A stretch of 64,000 nt of DNA from an uncultured Verrucomicrobiae bacterium (GCA_963706955.1 CAVPOC010000014.1:1-64000); one strand, 5' to 3'. Positions 1 through 10,795 are shown, counted from the stretch's first letter. The notes: generated from the sequence alone by a model not told the origin. Program-made: numbers and translations.

Positions 1-86
1 TTGCCTGTTCGTTTTTGAGCTCCGTCCGCAAACACCGCGGGAGCAAATTCTCGTCGCTGCCGAACGCTGAAAAAGCTATTCGGGCC

Positions 87-1117
87 ATGAAGCGCATCTT
101 CTTAACCGCTTTACAGGTTGGGATCACCGCCTTCCTGCTCTGGTGGATCTTTCGCGATCCGGCGAAGCGAACACAGATGATCGAAGCGCTGCAAACTGCG
201 GACTACCTTTGGCTGATTCCAGGGGTGGTGAGCCTGGGCTGCGCTTTCCTGCTGCAGACAGAACGCTGGCGTCGCTTGCTCAGTGTGCAGAAGATTAACC
301 TCGGGTGGTGGAGAACCTTTCGCGTCTACCTAATCGGCGCCTTCTTCGGCCTCTTTTTTCCCCGCGCCACGGGTGGAGATATCGTTAAGATCTACTATGC
401 GATGCGGGAGACCGCTTCTAAAAAGAGTGCCGCGCTGCTCAGTGTGATCGTCGATCGGATGGTCGGCATGATTGGCCGGTAGCGATAACGGTTGTTCTTT
501 GTTCTCTTCTACTCGACCTCCTGTTGGTCCCATCCGCTAACTCGCGCGCTGTTGACGGGCCTCGTCTTCATCATGCTCGCCTCGCTGGCGCTCATCGCCG
601 CTCGGCGTTTTCGTAGAACATTTTCATCTCGCGCACAAACTACCAGCACCGGATGCCCATGCGGGTAACCATCCTCGAACTGTCCGCCGCTTTCTCCACC
701 TATGCGCGTGATCCTCGACCCTCGCGATCACCTTCGGCCTTTCTATCGTGGCCCATTTCTGCATCTTTCTCTCCTTCTACTTCAGCGCGCGGGCCTTTGG
801 CCAATTCGCCGGCCTGAGTGGCATGATCGAGATCCTTGCCGTGCTCCCCGGTGATCCTGACCATCGCGTCCCTTCCAATCAGCCTGTCCGGAGTCGGGGT
901 TCGCGAGGGATTGTTCCAGAAAGTGCTCTCGATTCTTTATGGAACCCCCGAAAGCCTCGCCGTGATGATTTCGATCACCGGCTTTCTCATGGTCGTTTTT
1001 TGGGGCCTTGTCGGTGGTTGCGTGTATCTGGTTTATCGTCCCACTGGCGGGCTGCGTCTTGACGAGGTCCAGGACGAAGTTCAGGCCATTGAAGGGTCCC
1101 TCGAAGACAAAGTGTGA
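87..1117 (+). CDS. Lysylphosphatidylglycerol synthase TM/flippase-like (UPF0104) membrane protein, frameshifted
   Basis: Motifs ERWRRLL, YLIGAFF..GGDIVKIYY, SVIVDRMVG in ORF 15..482 and LPISLSGVGVRE in ORF 836..1117; pieces lie in different frames. Confidence 0.75.
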
Positions 1118-1799
1118 TCAAGGCAACCAAGCGGCCACGCGTAATCGCGAACTTCGCTCTCACGGCGGATGGAAAGGTTTCGACTCGCAATCTCACACCG
1201 ACGGGTTTTACCAGCAAGACCGACAAACACGGCTTCTAGAGATCCGGTCTCTGGGCGATGCTGTGCTAGCGGGCGCCAGGACGGTCGAAACAGATCGAAT
1301 GAGCATGCGGATCACAGCCGAAGATTTGCGCAAGCGGCGTTCCTCGCTCGGCAAAGCGCCTGAACCTCTTCGAGTAATCGTCACCAACAGCGGCAGAGAT
1401 CGACATTTCTTGGAAGGTCTTTCAGACGGCCGGAGCCGCGATTCTGGTTTTCTCCGGCGCACGGATGTCGGAGGCTGCGCGCGCGTCAATCGCCCAACGG
1501 GCCGATCTTTGGGTCTTCGATACTCCCGAGGTCGATCTCGCGGCAACACTCAGATCTTGCGCAGCGACTACCAAGTTAGAACACTTGTTTGCGAGGGCGG
1601 ACCGAGACTGTTTCGAAACCTTCTCGAGATCGGCGCAGTCGATGAGCTGCATCTCACCTGGACTCCGCTCATCTTCGGCGGGTTAAAAGCGCCGACCCTC
1701 ATCGGAGTTTCCGACGAATTCCTGCGTGCAACAATCCGGGGGCGCCTCAAAGAGATGCGCGTCCTAGGCGACGAGTGTTTTCTGACCTACTCCCTCTGA
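1114..1799 (+). CDS. RibD C-terminal/dihydrofolate reductase family protein, frameshifted
   Basis: GTG at 1114 overlaps the upstream stop and reads RPRVIANFALTADGKVST; later DAVLAGARTV, PLRVIVTNSG, LVCEGGPRL, VDELHLTWTP. Confidence 0.8.
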
Positions 1800-1801
1800 A
1801 G

Positions 1802-3008
1802 TCATCTATTATCCAGTTGGACAGCGTGGTTGAACGCCTGGAGGAAATCGGGTAACGCAGAGTCGACCCGGTTCCAGTTTGGAATCATCGGATTTCCCAA
1901 AGGATCACTGAGGTAATCACGCCCCGCGGTGCGGATGCTGCCCAAAATGTCGCCACGGCCAACTCCTCCTCATGCCGGTCATACTTGAGTCCGTTAATCT
2001 CAGCGTCGGCAGCGTAGAAACGCATCTATCTTCTGCTTTGCGCACATAGGCGCTCAGGAGGGTGTCGAAGATTCCCCGGTCTAGCTTGACGCCGATTCCC
2101 GCCAAGGTCAGGAAGAGACTTTTCACGATATCGACCGCCATCTTGTTGAGGCCTTTGCTGATGTCACGGGAGGAGAGCTCCTGATGCTTGTGATCATAGC
2201 GCTCGGAGATATCCACCCGGAAAATGCTTTTCGGGGAAGAAACGCGGAAAACCTCTGCCAGAATTCCGACTTCGATACCCCAGTCGGAGGGGATCCGTGC
2301 TCGTCGAATGATATCGTGATCGAGGCTCATTTCGCCGCTCAGCGGATACCGGAAGGTGTCCAGATAGACGAGGAAGTCGTTTACGCCGATGATGCTTTGA
2401 AGGGAGCGAATCAGCGGGGTCATCAGGAGGCGCATGACACGGCCGTTCAGTTTGTCGGTAAAGCGCGCACTGTAACCTTTGCAGAAATCGAAGCCAAGGT
2501 TGGGATGCGCCACGGGATAGCAAAGCCTGGCAAGCAAGTCACGGTTGTATGTAAGAATGTCACAGTCGTGCACAGCCACCATGTGGGATTTGCCGCTCGC
2601 CAGCACGTAACCAAAGCACAACCAAAGATTGCGACCCTTGCCCGTGGGACCGGGGTCGAGGTCGGACTCGATCAATTGCTCCAGCAGACGACGCACACGC
2701 GGGCCATCATTCCAAATCAGGACAGGTTTTTGGGGAAGCTGGCTAAACATTTTCCTCGCGCGTTGCCAATTGGCAGCGTTGGCCCCATCGATGCCGACGA
2801 CAATCTGCTTGATGTATTGGATCGACTTCAATTCCTTTATGATTCCGCGCAGCGCTGAGGTGCCCAACTCTTTGACGTGACAGGGAAGCGTCAGGGCTAT
2901 GGGCGTCTGGGCCGAAAATTCAAGAAGCTCCTGCTCGAGATGTTCCAGGTTGGGTTTGCCCAGCCGATGCAAGGTGGCCATCGATCCGTCCTGATAGAAA
3001 TCCGCCAT
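1802..3008 (-). CDS. Glucosyl-3-phosphoglycerate synthase-like glycosyltransferase (GpgS/MpgS family), C-terminal frameshifts
   Basis: MADFYQDG start, GKGRNLWLCFGY, HDCDI, FCKGYSAR, YPLSGEM, DWGIEVGILAEV, YDHKHQ; the tail PMIPNWNRVDSALP...DNR* continues in another frame to 1802. Confidence 0.8.
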
Positions 3009-3066
3009 GAAGGCCAATAATCCGTTGACCGATCCAATTGAGCAACCCAAGAAATCTGCTAGTCTC

Positions 3067-4653
3067 ATGGGCTTGCCGACGCCCGCTCCGATTTATCGTA
3101 ACCTTGTCGTTGTCCACTATCATCTGCGTCCCGGGGGCGTCCGACGAATCATCGAACTCGCCCTGCGGCATATCGCGTTGGCCACTCCCAATCCCCTCGC
3201 CGCGATTGTTCTGGCCACGGGCGAGAAGCCGGAGCCCACTTGGCGCGAAATCCTGACGCGAAGCCTGCCTGGGACGCCGGTGCACTTCTTTTGGGAGCCC
3301 GCTTTTCGCTATTTGTCGGAGCAGCGATCATCCCACGAGGTGATTCGCGGAAAAGTACGTTCGGCTCTCGACAAGTTGGCGCGAACCTTCTCACCCGCCG
3401 AGACACTCTTTTGGGCGCAAAATCTGGGAGTCGGGCGCAATTTGATTCTTTCCGATGAACTCGCCAAGTTTTCGGCGCGGACGGGCCTGGCGCTTCTCTC
3501 GCATCATCACGACCTATGGTTCGAAAATCGGTGGGCGCGTTGGAGCGAAATGCGCTCGTGCGGATTTCGTTCGCTCGCTGCGGTCGCAAGGGCCTCCTTT
3601 GCGGCGAGGGCGCGCGTCTGCCATGTTACTATTAACAAGCTCGACCATGCCGTCTTGAGCAAACATCTCGGTGGACAGGCGAGATACCTGCCGAATCTTT
3701 CCGAACGCTTCGGACGACCATCTCGCACGCGGATTCGCGCCGCGCGCGGTTGGTTGAAATCTCACCTGGGGAATGATTGCCCGATTTGGATTTTTCCGAC
3801 GCGATTTCTGCGGAGGAAAAACCTGGCGGAGGCAGTCTTGTTGGCGCGATGGCTTCGTCCGGAGGGATGGTTCGTTACCACCGCCGGGGTCAGTTCACGC
3901 GAAGAGCAAAACTATGCGCAGCGACTCGAGAGCATGGCGCTGCGCGAAAAATGGAAAACTCGGTTCCGCGTCCTTGATTCGAAGAACTCCGGGCCACCGA
4001 TTGAAGATGTCGTCATGGCCTCAGAAGTCATGTTGCTAACATCCGCCCAGGAAGGATTCGGCCTTCCTTACTTGGAGGCGGCTGCTTTCGAAAAGCCGCT
4101 CATCGCTCGTCACCTCCCGAACGTTGTTCCCGATCTATTAGAGTTGGGGTTCTCATTTCCGCACCTCTACGAGGAAATCTTGATTGCTCCGGATCTTTTG
4201 GATCTGAAGAGGGAGCGCAGCCGCCAGCAAACGCTGTGGCGTGAATGGAAGGCGGCGATGCCGTCGCTGTGCCGCCGCCTTGCCAGGCGCCCTGTCCTCC
4301 TGAATCTTGCGCCGGGCGAACCAATCCCGTTCAGCCGTCTAACCCTGACGGGTCAGCTCGAGGTGCTGGCGATCGCGCCCGAGCAATCGTGGGAAGCATG
4401 CGTGCTGGCAAACCCATTCCTGCGCGACTGGCGCGCTCGCGGCGAGACGAAGCGACTGGAGGCGATGCGATGGCCCAGAGATGCCGAAAAACAGGTGGGT
4501 GGCCGCGCCTACGCCTCCCGCTTTTGGGATGCCGTCGCCAGCATCCCGCAGCGGCCGGTAAGAGCGCGCGCCGTGGAACGGGCACAACACGATTCAATCG
4601 CGCAGCGGCTGAAAACGAATTTCCTCTACCCCATCCTTTTCGGCGAGGAATGA
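3067..4653 (+). CDS. GT-B (GT4-like) glycosyltransferase
   Basis: HYHLRPGGVRRIIE, HHHD, PTRFLRRKNLAEA, SAQEGFGLPYLEA. Confidence 0.75.
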   Translation: MGLPTPAPIYRNLVVVHYHLRPGGVRRIIELALRHIALATPNPLAAIVLATGEKPEPTWREILTRSLPGTPVHFFWEPAFRYLSEQRSSHEVIRGKVRSALDKLARTFSPAETLFWAQNLGVGRNLILSDELAKFSARTGLALLSHHHDLWFENRWARWSEMRSCGFRSLAAVARASFAARARVCHVTINKLDHAVLSKHLGGQARYLPNLSERFGRPSRTRIRAARGWLKSHLGNDCPIWIFPTRFLRRKNLAEAVLLARWLRPEGWFVTTAGVSSREEQNYAQRLESMALREKWKTRFRVLDSKNSGPPIEDVVMASEVMLLTSAQEGFGLPYLEAAAFEKPLIARHLPNVVPDLLELGFSFPHLYEEILIAPDLLDLKRERSRQQTLWREWKAAMPSLCRRLARRPVLLNLAPGEPIPFSRLTLTGQLEVLAIAPEQSWEACVLANPFLRDWRARGETKRLEAMRWPRDAEKQVGGRAYASRFWDAVASIPQRPVRARAVERAQHDSIAQRLKTNFLYPILFGEE

Positions 4654-5387
4654 ACCCTGTTCGCGCTATCATCTTAGACGTCTATAAGACCATTCTGAAC
4701 GTGGCCGAGGCACCCTTGGATGCCGAGAAGCGCTGGGGCAATCTCCTTATGCAGACGTTCGGAAGCCCCCTCGACGTCGGCCTCGACGAGCTCGCCAAGC
4801 GATGCGCAGGCATCGTCGACGAAGATCACAGTGAAGCTCGCCGGCGCGGAATCGATCATCCGGAGGTCAATTGGCCGACGGTGATGAAGCGGGCATTGCC
4901 TATCCTCGATTCTTTGTCTGAAGCCAAGCTGGCGAACTTTATCTTTCAGCACGCGCAGCTTTCCCGAACTCTCACGCTGACGCCTTCATGCGGCTCGCTT
5001 CTTCGTCGGTGCGTAGAAAGTGGGATTCTGCTGGGTATCGCTTCAAATGCCCAGGCCTATACGCTCCGCGAGCTGCAGGTCGCCTTGAAAAAGGCGCGTC
5101 TCGATCTGGCGATCTTCCAAGCAGATCTGACATTTTGGTCGTTCCAGCATGGTTTCAGCAAACCGGATCCCTATGTTTTTCAGACTCTTCGTGCTCGCTT
5201 GCTAAATCGCCGAATCGCGAGCGCGGAAACGCTCATGGTCGGTGACCGGGAAGACAACGACCTCTTGCCGGCTGAGACCGTAGGTTGGCGAATATGGCAA
5301 TTCTCACAGCACTCAGAAAACGCCAACCGTGGAAATTGGGAAGCTCTGGCCCGCTTCCTCTTCGAGGCAAAGGCGTCGACCAAATGA
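4650..5387 (+). CDS. HAD-family hydrolase (phosphatase)
   Basis: ATGA overlap with the upstream gene; LDVYKT motif I, SNAQ, KPDP, MVGDREDND. Confidence 0.8.
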   Translation: MNPVRAIILDVYKTILNVAEAPLDAEKRWGNLLMQTFGSPLDVGLDELAKRCAGIVDEDHSEARRRGIDHPEVNWPTVMKRALPILDSLSEAKLANFIFQHAQLSRTLTLTPSCGSLLRRCVESGILLGIASNAQAYTLRELQVALKKARLDLAIFQADLTFWSFQHGFSKPDPYVFQTLRARLLNRRIASAETLMVGDREDNDLLPAETVGWRIWQFSQHSENANRGNWEALARFLFEAKASTK

Positions 5388-5410
5388 GCTCCTCTAAAAA
5401 GTCGATTTGC

Positions 5411-7117
5411 TCAGGAATTCTGAAACCAGGCCACACCGTAGGGAGGCAGAAACACCTGCTTGTCGGCTGAAGATTCAGCGGATCCAGTAAGCGGCTTCCA
5501 GCCTGAACTATCCGCCGGCAACGGAAAGGAAATGGCGCTGGGTGTCACATTCGTTGCACAAATCACCCGGGCTCCGTTGGCTGCTTTTCTGGTGATCAAG
5601 AAGAGGTCAGGCGGGGCATCGGGGATCTCCTGCTCTGCAAAAGGATTAAAGGCGGGATGCGAGGCGCGAGCCTTCAGCATGCCTTGCATTCCTGCGAATA
5701 CCTGAGCGCGCAGACTGTCAGCCTGATCGAGCTCAGCGTCGAGCGCACCGACTTCTAGCTTCTTTCGATTGATCCGGCGTGGAATTCCACTCTCCTCGGC
5801 TCCTTTGCGATCCCCTCGAGATCCGAAGAGCGAATGGAAGTATATCCCTGGAAGTCCCCGTAGCGCCAAGACGATTGAGTGCGCGGCGAGAAAACGAGCG
5901 GCCTGCGTGTGCAGAGATTCCCCGGCAGTCGGAGTCGAAAGTGCGTCGAAAAAGCTAATATTAAGCTCGTACGGGCTCTTCGTCCCATCGGGATTGTTTT
6001 TGTAGGAGACGAAGCCGTTGTGATCAACGGCCGTCTGCACCAAAGCATCGATCTCTCCTGGATCGAGGATCCCGCGCGCGGGGTTCAATCCGATCCCGTC
6101 ATGCGAAGCGAGGAAATTGAAGAAGGTGACACGCTCTGAAGGAAGCACGAGGGCTTGCGCCCATCGACGAAGCCGCGTGGCATCCCCAGTCCGCATGGTG
6201 TGAAAGACCAAAGGGGGCAGGGCGAAATTGTAGACCAACTGGGCCTCATTTGATCCGTCGCCGAAGTAGGAGACATTATCGGAGTGCGGGACATTCGTCT
6301 CTGTGATCAGCTGGACTTCCGGAGCGGCTTCATCGAGCACGGCTCGCATCAGCTGAATCGCGCGATGCGTCTGTTCCAAGTGGATACACGAGGTCCCTGG
6401 GATCTTCCAAAGAAATGCGATCGCATCCAGTCTGATGTAGCGGGCACCCTTGCTGACATAAAAGAGCAGCACCTCGAGAATCCGAAGCAGCATGCGCGGA
6501 TCCGAAAAATCAATGTCTGCCTGGTCGGCACTAAATGTCGTCCAGACTCGTTTCCTGCCGGCAGCCGTTTCAAATTCCGTCAGCAGCGGGAGAGTTCGCG
6601 GACGCACCACCTTGGAAAGGTCGGGCTCGCCGGAAACCGTAAAGAAGGCCGACTCCCAGCCTGCCTCCTGCCTCAGGAATTTCTGAAACCATAAGCCTTG
6701 GGCAGAGGCGTGATTAAAGACGGCGTCAAACATCATGTCGAAGTTGCGGCCGAGCGACTCAATATCACCCCACGTCCCCAAAGCTGGATCGATCGAATAG
6801 TAATCCATTACGGAAAATCCGTCGTCCGACGAACTGGGGTAGAAAGGCAGAATGTGGACGGCGCTTATCGTCCTGGCGACGCGCTTGGAGAGAAAATTCG
6901 TCAACGTGGCCAATGGAGGTTCGCCAGTTGCCCGCACCTGATCACCGTAGGTGATCAACATGCAGTCGGCTTCGGTCAGCTCGTTTTTCTTGGCGGCCAC
7001 CGCCGAAGAACGGTTTTGGCGCGATTTTCTGGCCAGCATCTCGATCGCCTCCTCGAGCTCAGGTGCTGCCGCTTCTCCATAGAGGAAGGCCAGATGGTGC
7101 TTTACAGTTTCCTTCAT
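5411..7117 (-). CDS. ycjM: GH13_18 sugar phosphorylase, glucosylglycerate phosphorylase (YcjM)-like
   Basis: ITYGD, HILPFYPSSSDDGFSV, RLDAIAFLWK, TETNVPH, ASHDGIG; loop YKNNPDGTKSPYELN resembles YcjM. Confidence 0.8.
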   Translation of the reverse strand: MKETVKHHLAFLYGEAAAPELEEAIEMLARKSRQNRSSAVAAKKNELTEADCMLITYGDQVRATGEPPLATLTNFLSKRVARTISAVHILPFYPSSSDDGFSVMDYYSIDPALGTWGDIESLGRNFDMMFDAVFNHASAQGLWFQKFLRQEAGWESAFFTVSGEPDLSKVVRPRTLPLLTEFETAAGRKRVWTTFSADQADIDFSDPRMLLRILEVLLFYVSKGARYIRLDAIAFLWKIPGTSCIHLEQTHRAIQLMRAVLDEAAPEVQLITETNVPHSDNVSYFGDGSNEAQLVYNFALPPLVFHTMRTGDATRLRRWAQALVLPSERVTFFNFLASHDGIGLNPARGILDPGEIDALVQTAVDHNGFVSYKNNPDGTKSPYELNISFFDALSTPTAGESLHTQAARFLAAHSIVLALRGLPGIYFHSLFGSRGDRKGAEESGIPRRINRKKLEVGALDAELDQADSLRAQVFAGMQGMLKARASHPAFNPFAEQEIPDAPPDLFLITRKAANGARVICATNVTPSAISFPLPADSSGWKPLTGSAESSADKQVFLPPYGVAWFQNS

Positions 7118-7153
7118 CGACACATTTTACTCACAAACCAATCGAAAAAGTCC

Positions 7154-8440
7154 ATGAAGTTACGTTCGTCACTTGCTCATTTTCCCAAGCGGATCGGATT
7201 TATCTCGACGCGTTTTCACGGTACCGACGGCGTGACCTTGGAAGCGGCCAAATGGGCGCATATCCTGGAATCGGAGGGCGCCGATTGCTTCTGGATGGCC
7301 GGACTGCTCGACAAGCCCGAGTCGGTGAGCTACCTCGATCCGCTCGCCTTCTTCAATCATCCAGCCATTCTCGATGTGCAAGGCTATCTCTTCGGGAAGA
7401 CAACCCGGCCGCGCAATATCTCCGATCGTGTGCACGAACTGAAGACCGGACTAAAAACGTCCATTTACCAATTCATCGAACGCTTCGATCTCGAGCTTCT
7501 CATCCCTCAAAATATCCTGGCGATTCCAATGCATGTCCCCCTGGGGCTGGCAATGACCGAAGTGATGGCCGAAACAGGACTTGCTTCGATCGCGCACCAT
7601 CATGACTTCACGTGGGAACGCGAGCGATTCACGATTACCGCCGGTGCGGATTATCTGGCGGCCGCATTCCCTCCCACGCTGCCGTCGCTGGTGCATGTGG
7701 TGATCAATTCCATGCAGCAAAAGGACCTGGCGCGTCGATATGGACAAGCTTCCACGATTATCCCGAACGTTATCGATTTCGAAACGCCGCCGCCCCAGCT
7801 GGATGAATACTCGCGAGATTTTCGCCAGGAGATCGGACTTCGCGATGACGATATTCTCGTCCTCCAGCCAACCCGCATCGTCCCGCGAAAGGGGATCGAG
7901 CACGCCATCGAGCTCCTCCGCCGCTTGAAGGAGCCGAAAATCAAGCTGGTGCTTTCACATCCAAGCGGTGACGAAGGCGATTCCTATGCCAGGCTGTTGC
8001 ACGACCGCATCGCGGATGCCGGCATTGACGCGCTCTTTGTGGCGGACCGGATTGGGGAGACCAGAGGTTTTAACGCCGCAGGCCAGAAGGTCTACACTCT
8101 CTTTGACATCTACCCTCACGCTGATCTTGTCACCTATCCGAGCTACTACGAAGGCTTCGGAAATGCCTTCCTCGAAGCGGTCTATTTTCGAAAGCCAGTC
8201 GTCGTCAATACCTACGCCGTCTATGCTCGAGACATCGATCCGCTCGGATTCAAGACAATCGAGATGTCGATGCTCGTCACCAACGAAGTCGTTGAGCAGA
8301 CCCACGAGATTCTGCATAACCCTTCGTTGCGCGAAGCCTGGGGGACCATCAATTACGACTTGGGGATGAAGTTTTTCTCTTATTCGGTGGCACGTCGCAA
8401 ACTGTCCGGGCGCATTGCCAAGCTCTTCGGCGAAGCCTAG
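7154..8440 (+). CDS. GT4 glycosyltransferase, mannosylglucosylglycerate synthase-like
   Basis: IGFISTRFHGTDGVTLEAAKW, HHHDFTWER, QPTRIVPRKGIE, YPSYYEGFGNAFLEA. Confidence 0.7.
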   Translation: MKLRSSLAHFPKRIGFISTRFHGTDGVTLEAAKWAHILESEGADCFWMAGLLDKPESVSYLDPLAFFNHPAILDVQGYLFGKTTRPRNISDRVHELKTGLKTSIYQFIERFDLELLIPQNILAIPMHVPLGLAMTEVMAETGLASIAHHHDFTWERERFTITAGADYLAAAFPPTLPSLVHVVINSMQQKDLARRYGQASTIIPNVIDFETPPPQLDEYSRDFRQEIGLRDDDILVLQPTRIVPRKGIEHAIELLRRLKEPKIKLVLSHPSGDEGDSYARLLHDRIADAGIDALFVADRIGETRGFNAAGQKVYTLFDIYPHADLVTYPSYYEGFGNAFLEAVYFRKPVVVNTYAVYARDIDPLGFKTIEMSMLVTNEVVEQTHEILHNPSLREAWGTINYDLGMKFFSYSVARRKLSGRIAKLFGEA

Positions 8441-9522
8441 TCGAGTGGTCCTAGAAGATCGGACCGGAGAGCGTCCTCTAGCAACTTCTTCACCTTCTCG
8501 ATTCCGTCCCCACTGACGGCGCTGACTGGCACGACGCTGATCTTGCTAAATTTCATGTTGAAGCGACGTAGATTCGCAGCGGCTTCCGGCAGGTCCATCT
8601 TGTTGGCAACGACGGCAAACCGCCTCGCCGTCAGGCGTGGGTCATACAATTTCAGCTCTTTTCGCAACGTTCGAAAATCTTCAATCGGATCGCGGCCTTC
8701 GCTGCCGGCCATATCGAGAAGGAAGAGTAGGAGCTTACAGCGAGCGATATGCCGCAGGAACTCATGCCCAAGTCCCTTGTTTTCATGCGCTCCTTCGATC
8801 AGGCCGGGAATATCCGCGACTGTCGCACGTAGATAACCGTCCAATTCAACGACGCCAACGATCGGATTGAGCGTGGTGAAGGGATAAGGGGCCACCTTTG
8901 GATGCGCGGCGGAGAGCTTACCCAGCAGGGTACTCTTTCCCGCGTTCGGATAACCTACCAGACCCGCATCGGCTATTGTTCGGAGTTCCAAGGCAAACCA
9001 GCCCTCCTCTCCGACGATCCCATCGGTCGTCTGACGGGGCACCCTATTCCTCGAGCTCTTGAAGTGAGTGTTTCCTTTGCCACCGCGCCCGCCCTGGCAG
9101 AGAACGAACTCGATACTAGGCTCAACAAGGTCAGCGAGAGGCTCGAGTTCGCGCAAGTCCAGCGGGGCCCTGCTCGGAGCTTCGTCGCCCTCCGGGTCCG
9201 CCATGTGCGGATGAAATTCCTCCGGCAGCCGAAAAACCATCGTTCCAACGGGCACCTTCACAATCAAGGATTCTCCATTGCGTCCGTGTTTGTCCTTGCC
9301 TTGTCCATGACTGCCGCGTTTGCCACGGAGGTTCGGCTCGTAGTAAAGCGACACGAGATTGTCGGTGTTTGGGTCGGCTTTGAGAATGATGCTGCCGCCA
9401 TCGCCGCCATCACCACCGTCCGGTCCGCCGCGAGGAACGAACTTTTCCCGTCGAAAGCTGCAGCAACCGTTGCCGCCATCTCCAGCCTTTGCATGGATAC
9501 GAACATGATCGACGAATTTCAT
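8437..9522 (-). CDS. obgE: GTPase ObgE/CgtA
   Basis: MKFVD..GDGGNG..FRREKFVPRGGPDGGDGG; GYPNAGKST; DIPG; NKMD. Confidence 0.97.
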   Translation of the reverse strand: MKFVDHVRIHAKAGDGGNGCCSFRREKFVPRGGPDGGDGGDGGSIILKADPNTDNLVSLYYEPNLRGKRGSHGQGKDKHGRNGESLIVKVPVGTMVFRLPEEFHPHMADPEGDEAPSRAPLDLRELEPLADLVEPSIEFVLCQGGRGGKGNTHFKSSRNRVPRQTTDGIVGEEGWFALELRTIADAGLVGYPNAGKSTLLGKLSAAHPKVAPYPFTTLNPIVGVVELDGYLRATVADIPGLIEGAHENKGLGHEFLRHIARCKLLLFLLDMAGSEGRDPIEDFRTLRKELKLYDPRLTARRFAVVANKMDLPEAAANLRRFNMKFSKISVVPVSAVSGDGIEKVKKLLEDALRSDLLGPLD

Positions 9523-9586
9523 TTCGCCAGCCGGGCTCTGGAACTCGCAGGAGGCCGCTTTCGGACGTTGCGTCCGCTGCCGGCGA

Positions 9587-10795
9587 TCACTTCTTTTTGA
9601 TCAAAGATTCGTAGAGCTTTGCGGTTTGCTGCGCAATCGCCGGCCAGCCAAAAATCTCCTCGGCGCGACGCCGCCCGGCTTCACCGAAGGCTTTGCGCTT
9701 GGCGGGATCCGCCATGAGCTCATTGATGCGCGCAGCCAGATCGCGTGAGAACCGCTCCGGAGCGACCGGCTCAAATGGACTCTCCTGCATCTGATCAATT
9801 GAAACCAGATAACCTGTTTCGCCATGGACAACGACTTCCTTGATACCGCCCACCGCGGTTGCCACGACCGGCGTGGCGCAGGCCATCGCCTCGAGATTGA
9901 TGATTCCAAAGGGTTCGTAGATCGAGGGGCAAACGAAGACGGCGGCATTGCTATAGAGCTCGATCTTCGTCTTGGTGTCGACCATTTCTTCGATCCAAAC
10001 TACTCCCGAATGCTTGCGTTGGGCCGCGGCGACGGCCGCCTTCATTTCCGCACCAATTTCGGGCGTATCGGGAGCACCCGCGCAGAGTACGATTTGAAAA
10101 CCCTCGTTCAGATGCTTGATCGCATTGACGAGGTGAATGATGCCTTTCTGGCGCGTGATGCGCCCTACAAAGAGGACGTACGGCTCGACCGGGTTTATTC
10201 CAAAGCGCTTCAGCGCCGCCTTGGACTCGACGTGCTTGTATTCCTCGAGATCGATACCGTTGTAAATGACGTGCACCCTCTCCGGCCGAACAGCAAAGAG
10301 CCGCTCGATGTCTGCTCTCGTCTCCCGTGAAACGGCAATAACCGCATCAGCCATTTCGATCGCCGTCTTTTCAAGCCAGCAGGTAAAGTCGTAGCCTCCG
10401 CCCAATTGCTCGCGTTTCCACGGTCGCAACGGCTCCAGCGAATGCACCGTAACGACCAGCGGAATGCCGTAATTCAGCTTCGCGAGAATACCGCCCCAAT
10501 GAACATACCAGGTGTGGCAATGCACCAGGTCGCCTTTAAATTCGAGTGTGTTGAAGTCCAGCGAACGCTGGAGTGCGCCGAAAACGGATCTGAGCGGCTT
10601 TGGGCAGGTATACTTGTCCGAGTTCAGGCTGAAGCCGAGCGCGGAAAGATTGCCCGAGGTGACATTCTGATCACCGAAGCAGCGCACGTGAATCGACATG
10701 AGCTTGGCGAGCTCGCGGCTGAGGTATTGAACGTGGATGCCAGCGCCACCGTAAATATGCGGAGGGAATTCATTTGTGAGGAAGAGTACATTCAT
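9587..10795 (-). CDS. glgA: Actinobacterial-type GlgA (alpha-maltose-1-phosphate synthase/glycogen synthase, GT4)
   Basis: TNEFPPHIYGGAGIHV, HTWY, HSLEPLRPWKREQLGGGY, GRITRQKG, CPSIYEPFGIINLEAMAC. Confidence 0.88.
   Translation of the reverse strand: MNVLFLTNEFPPHIYGGAGIHVQYLSRELAKLMSIHVRCFGDQNVTSGNLSALGFSLNSDKYTCPKPLRSVFGALQRSLDFNTLEFKGDLVHCHTWYVHWGGILAKLNYGIPLVVTVHSLEPLRPWKREQLGGGYDFTCWLEKTAIEMADAVIAVSRETRADIERLFAVRPERVHVIYNGIDLEEYKHVESKAALKRFGINPVEPYVLFVGRITRQKGIIHLVNAIKHLNEGFQIVLCAGAPDTPEIGAEMKAAVAAAQRKHSGVVWIEEMVDTKTKIELYSNAAVFVCPSIYEPFGIINLEAMACATPVVATAVGGIKEVVVHGETGYLVSIDQMQESPFEPVAPERFSRDLAARINELMADPAKRKAFGEAGRRRAEEIFGWPAIAQQTAKLYESLIKKK

Noticed and set aside
6698..7153. Long N-terminal extensions in the ORF track (also 29240, 4245, 24928, 27311)
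   Set aside because: They overlap neighbouring genes; family similarity starts at downstream ATGs
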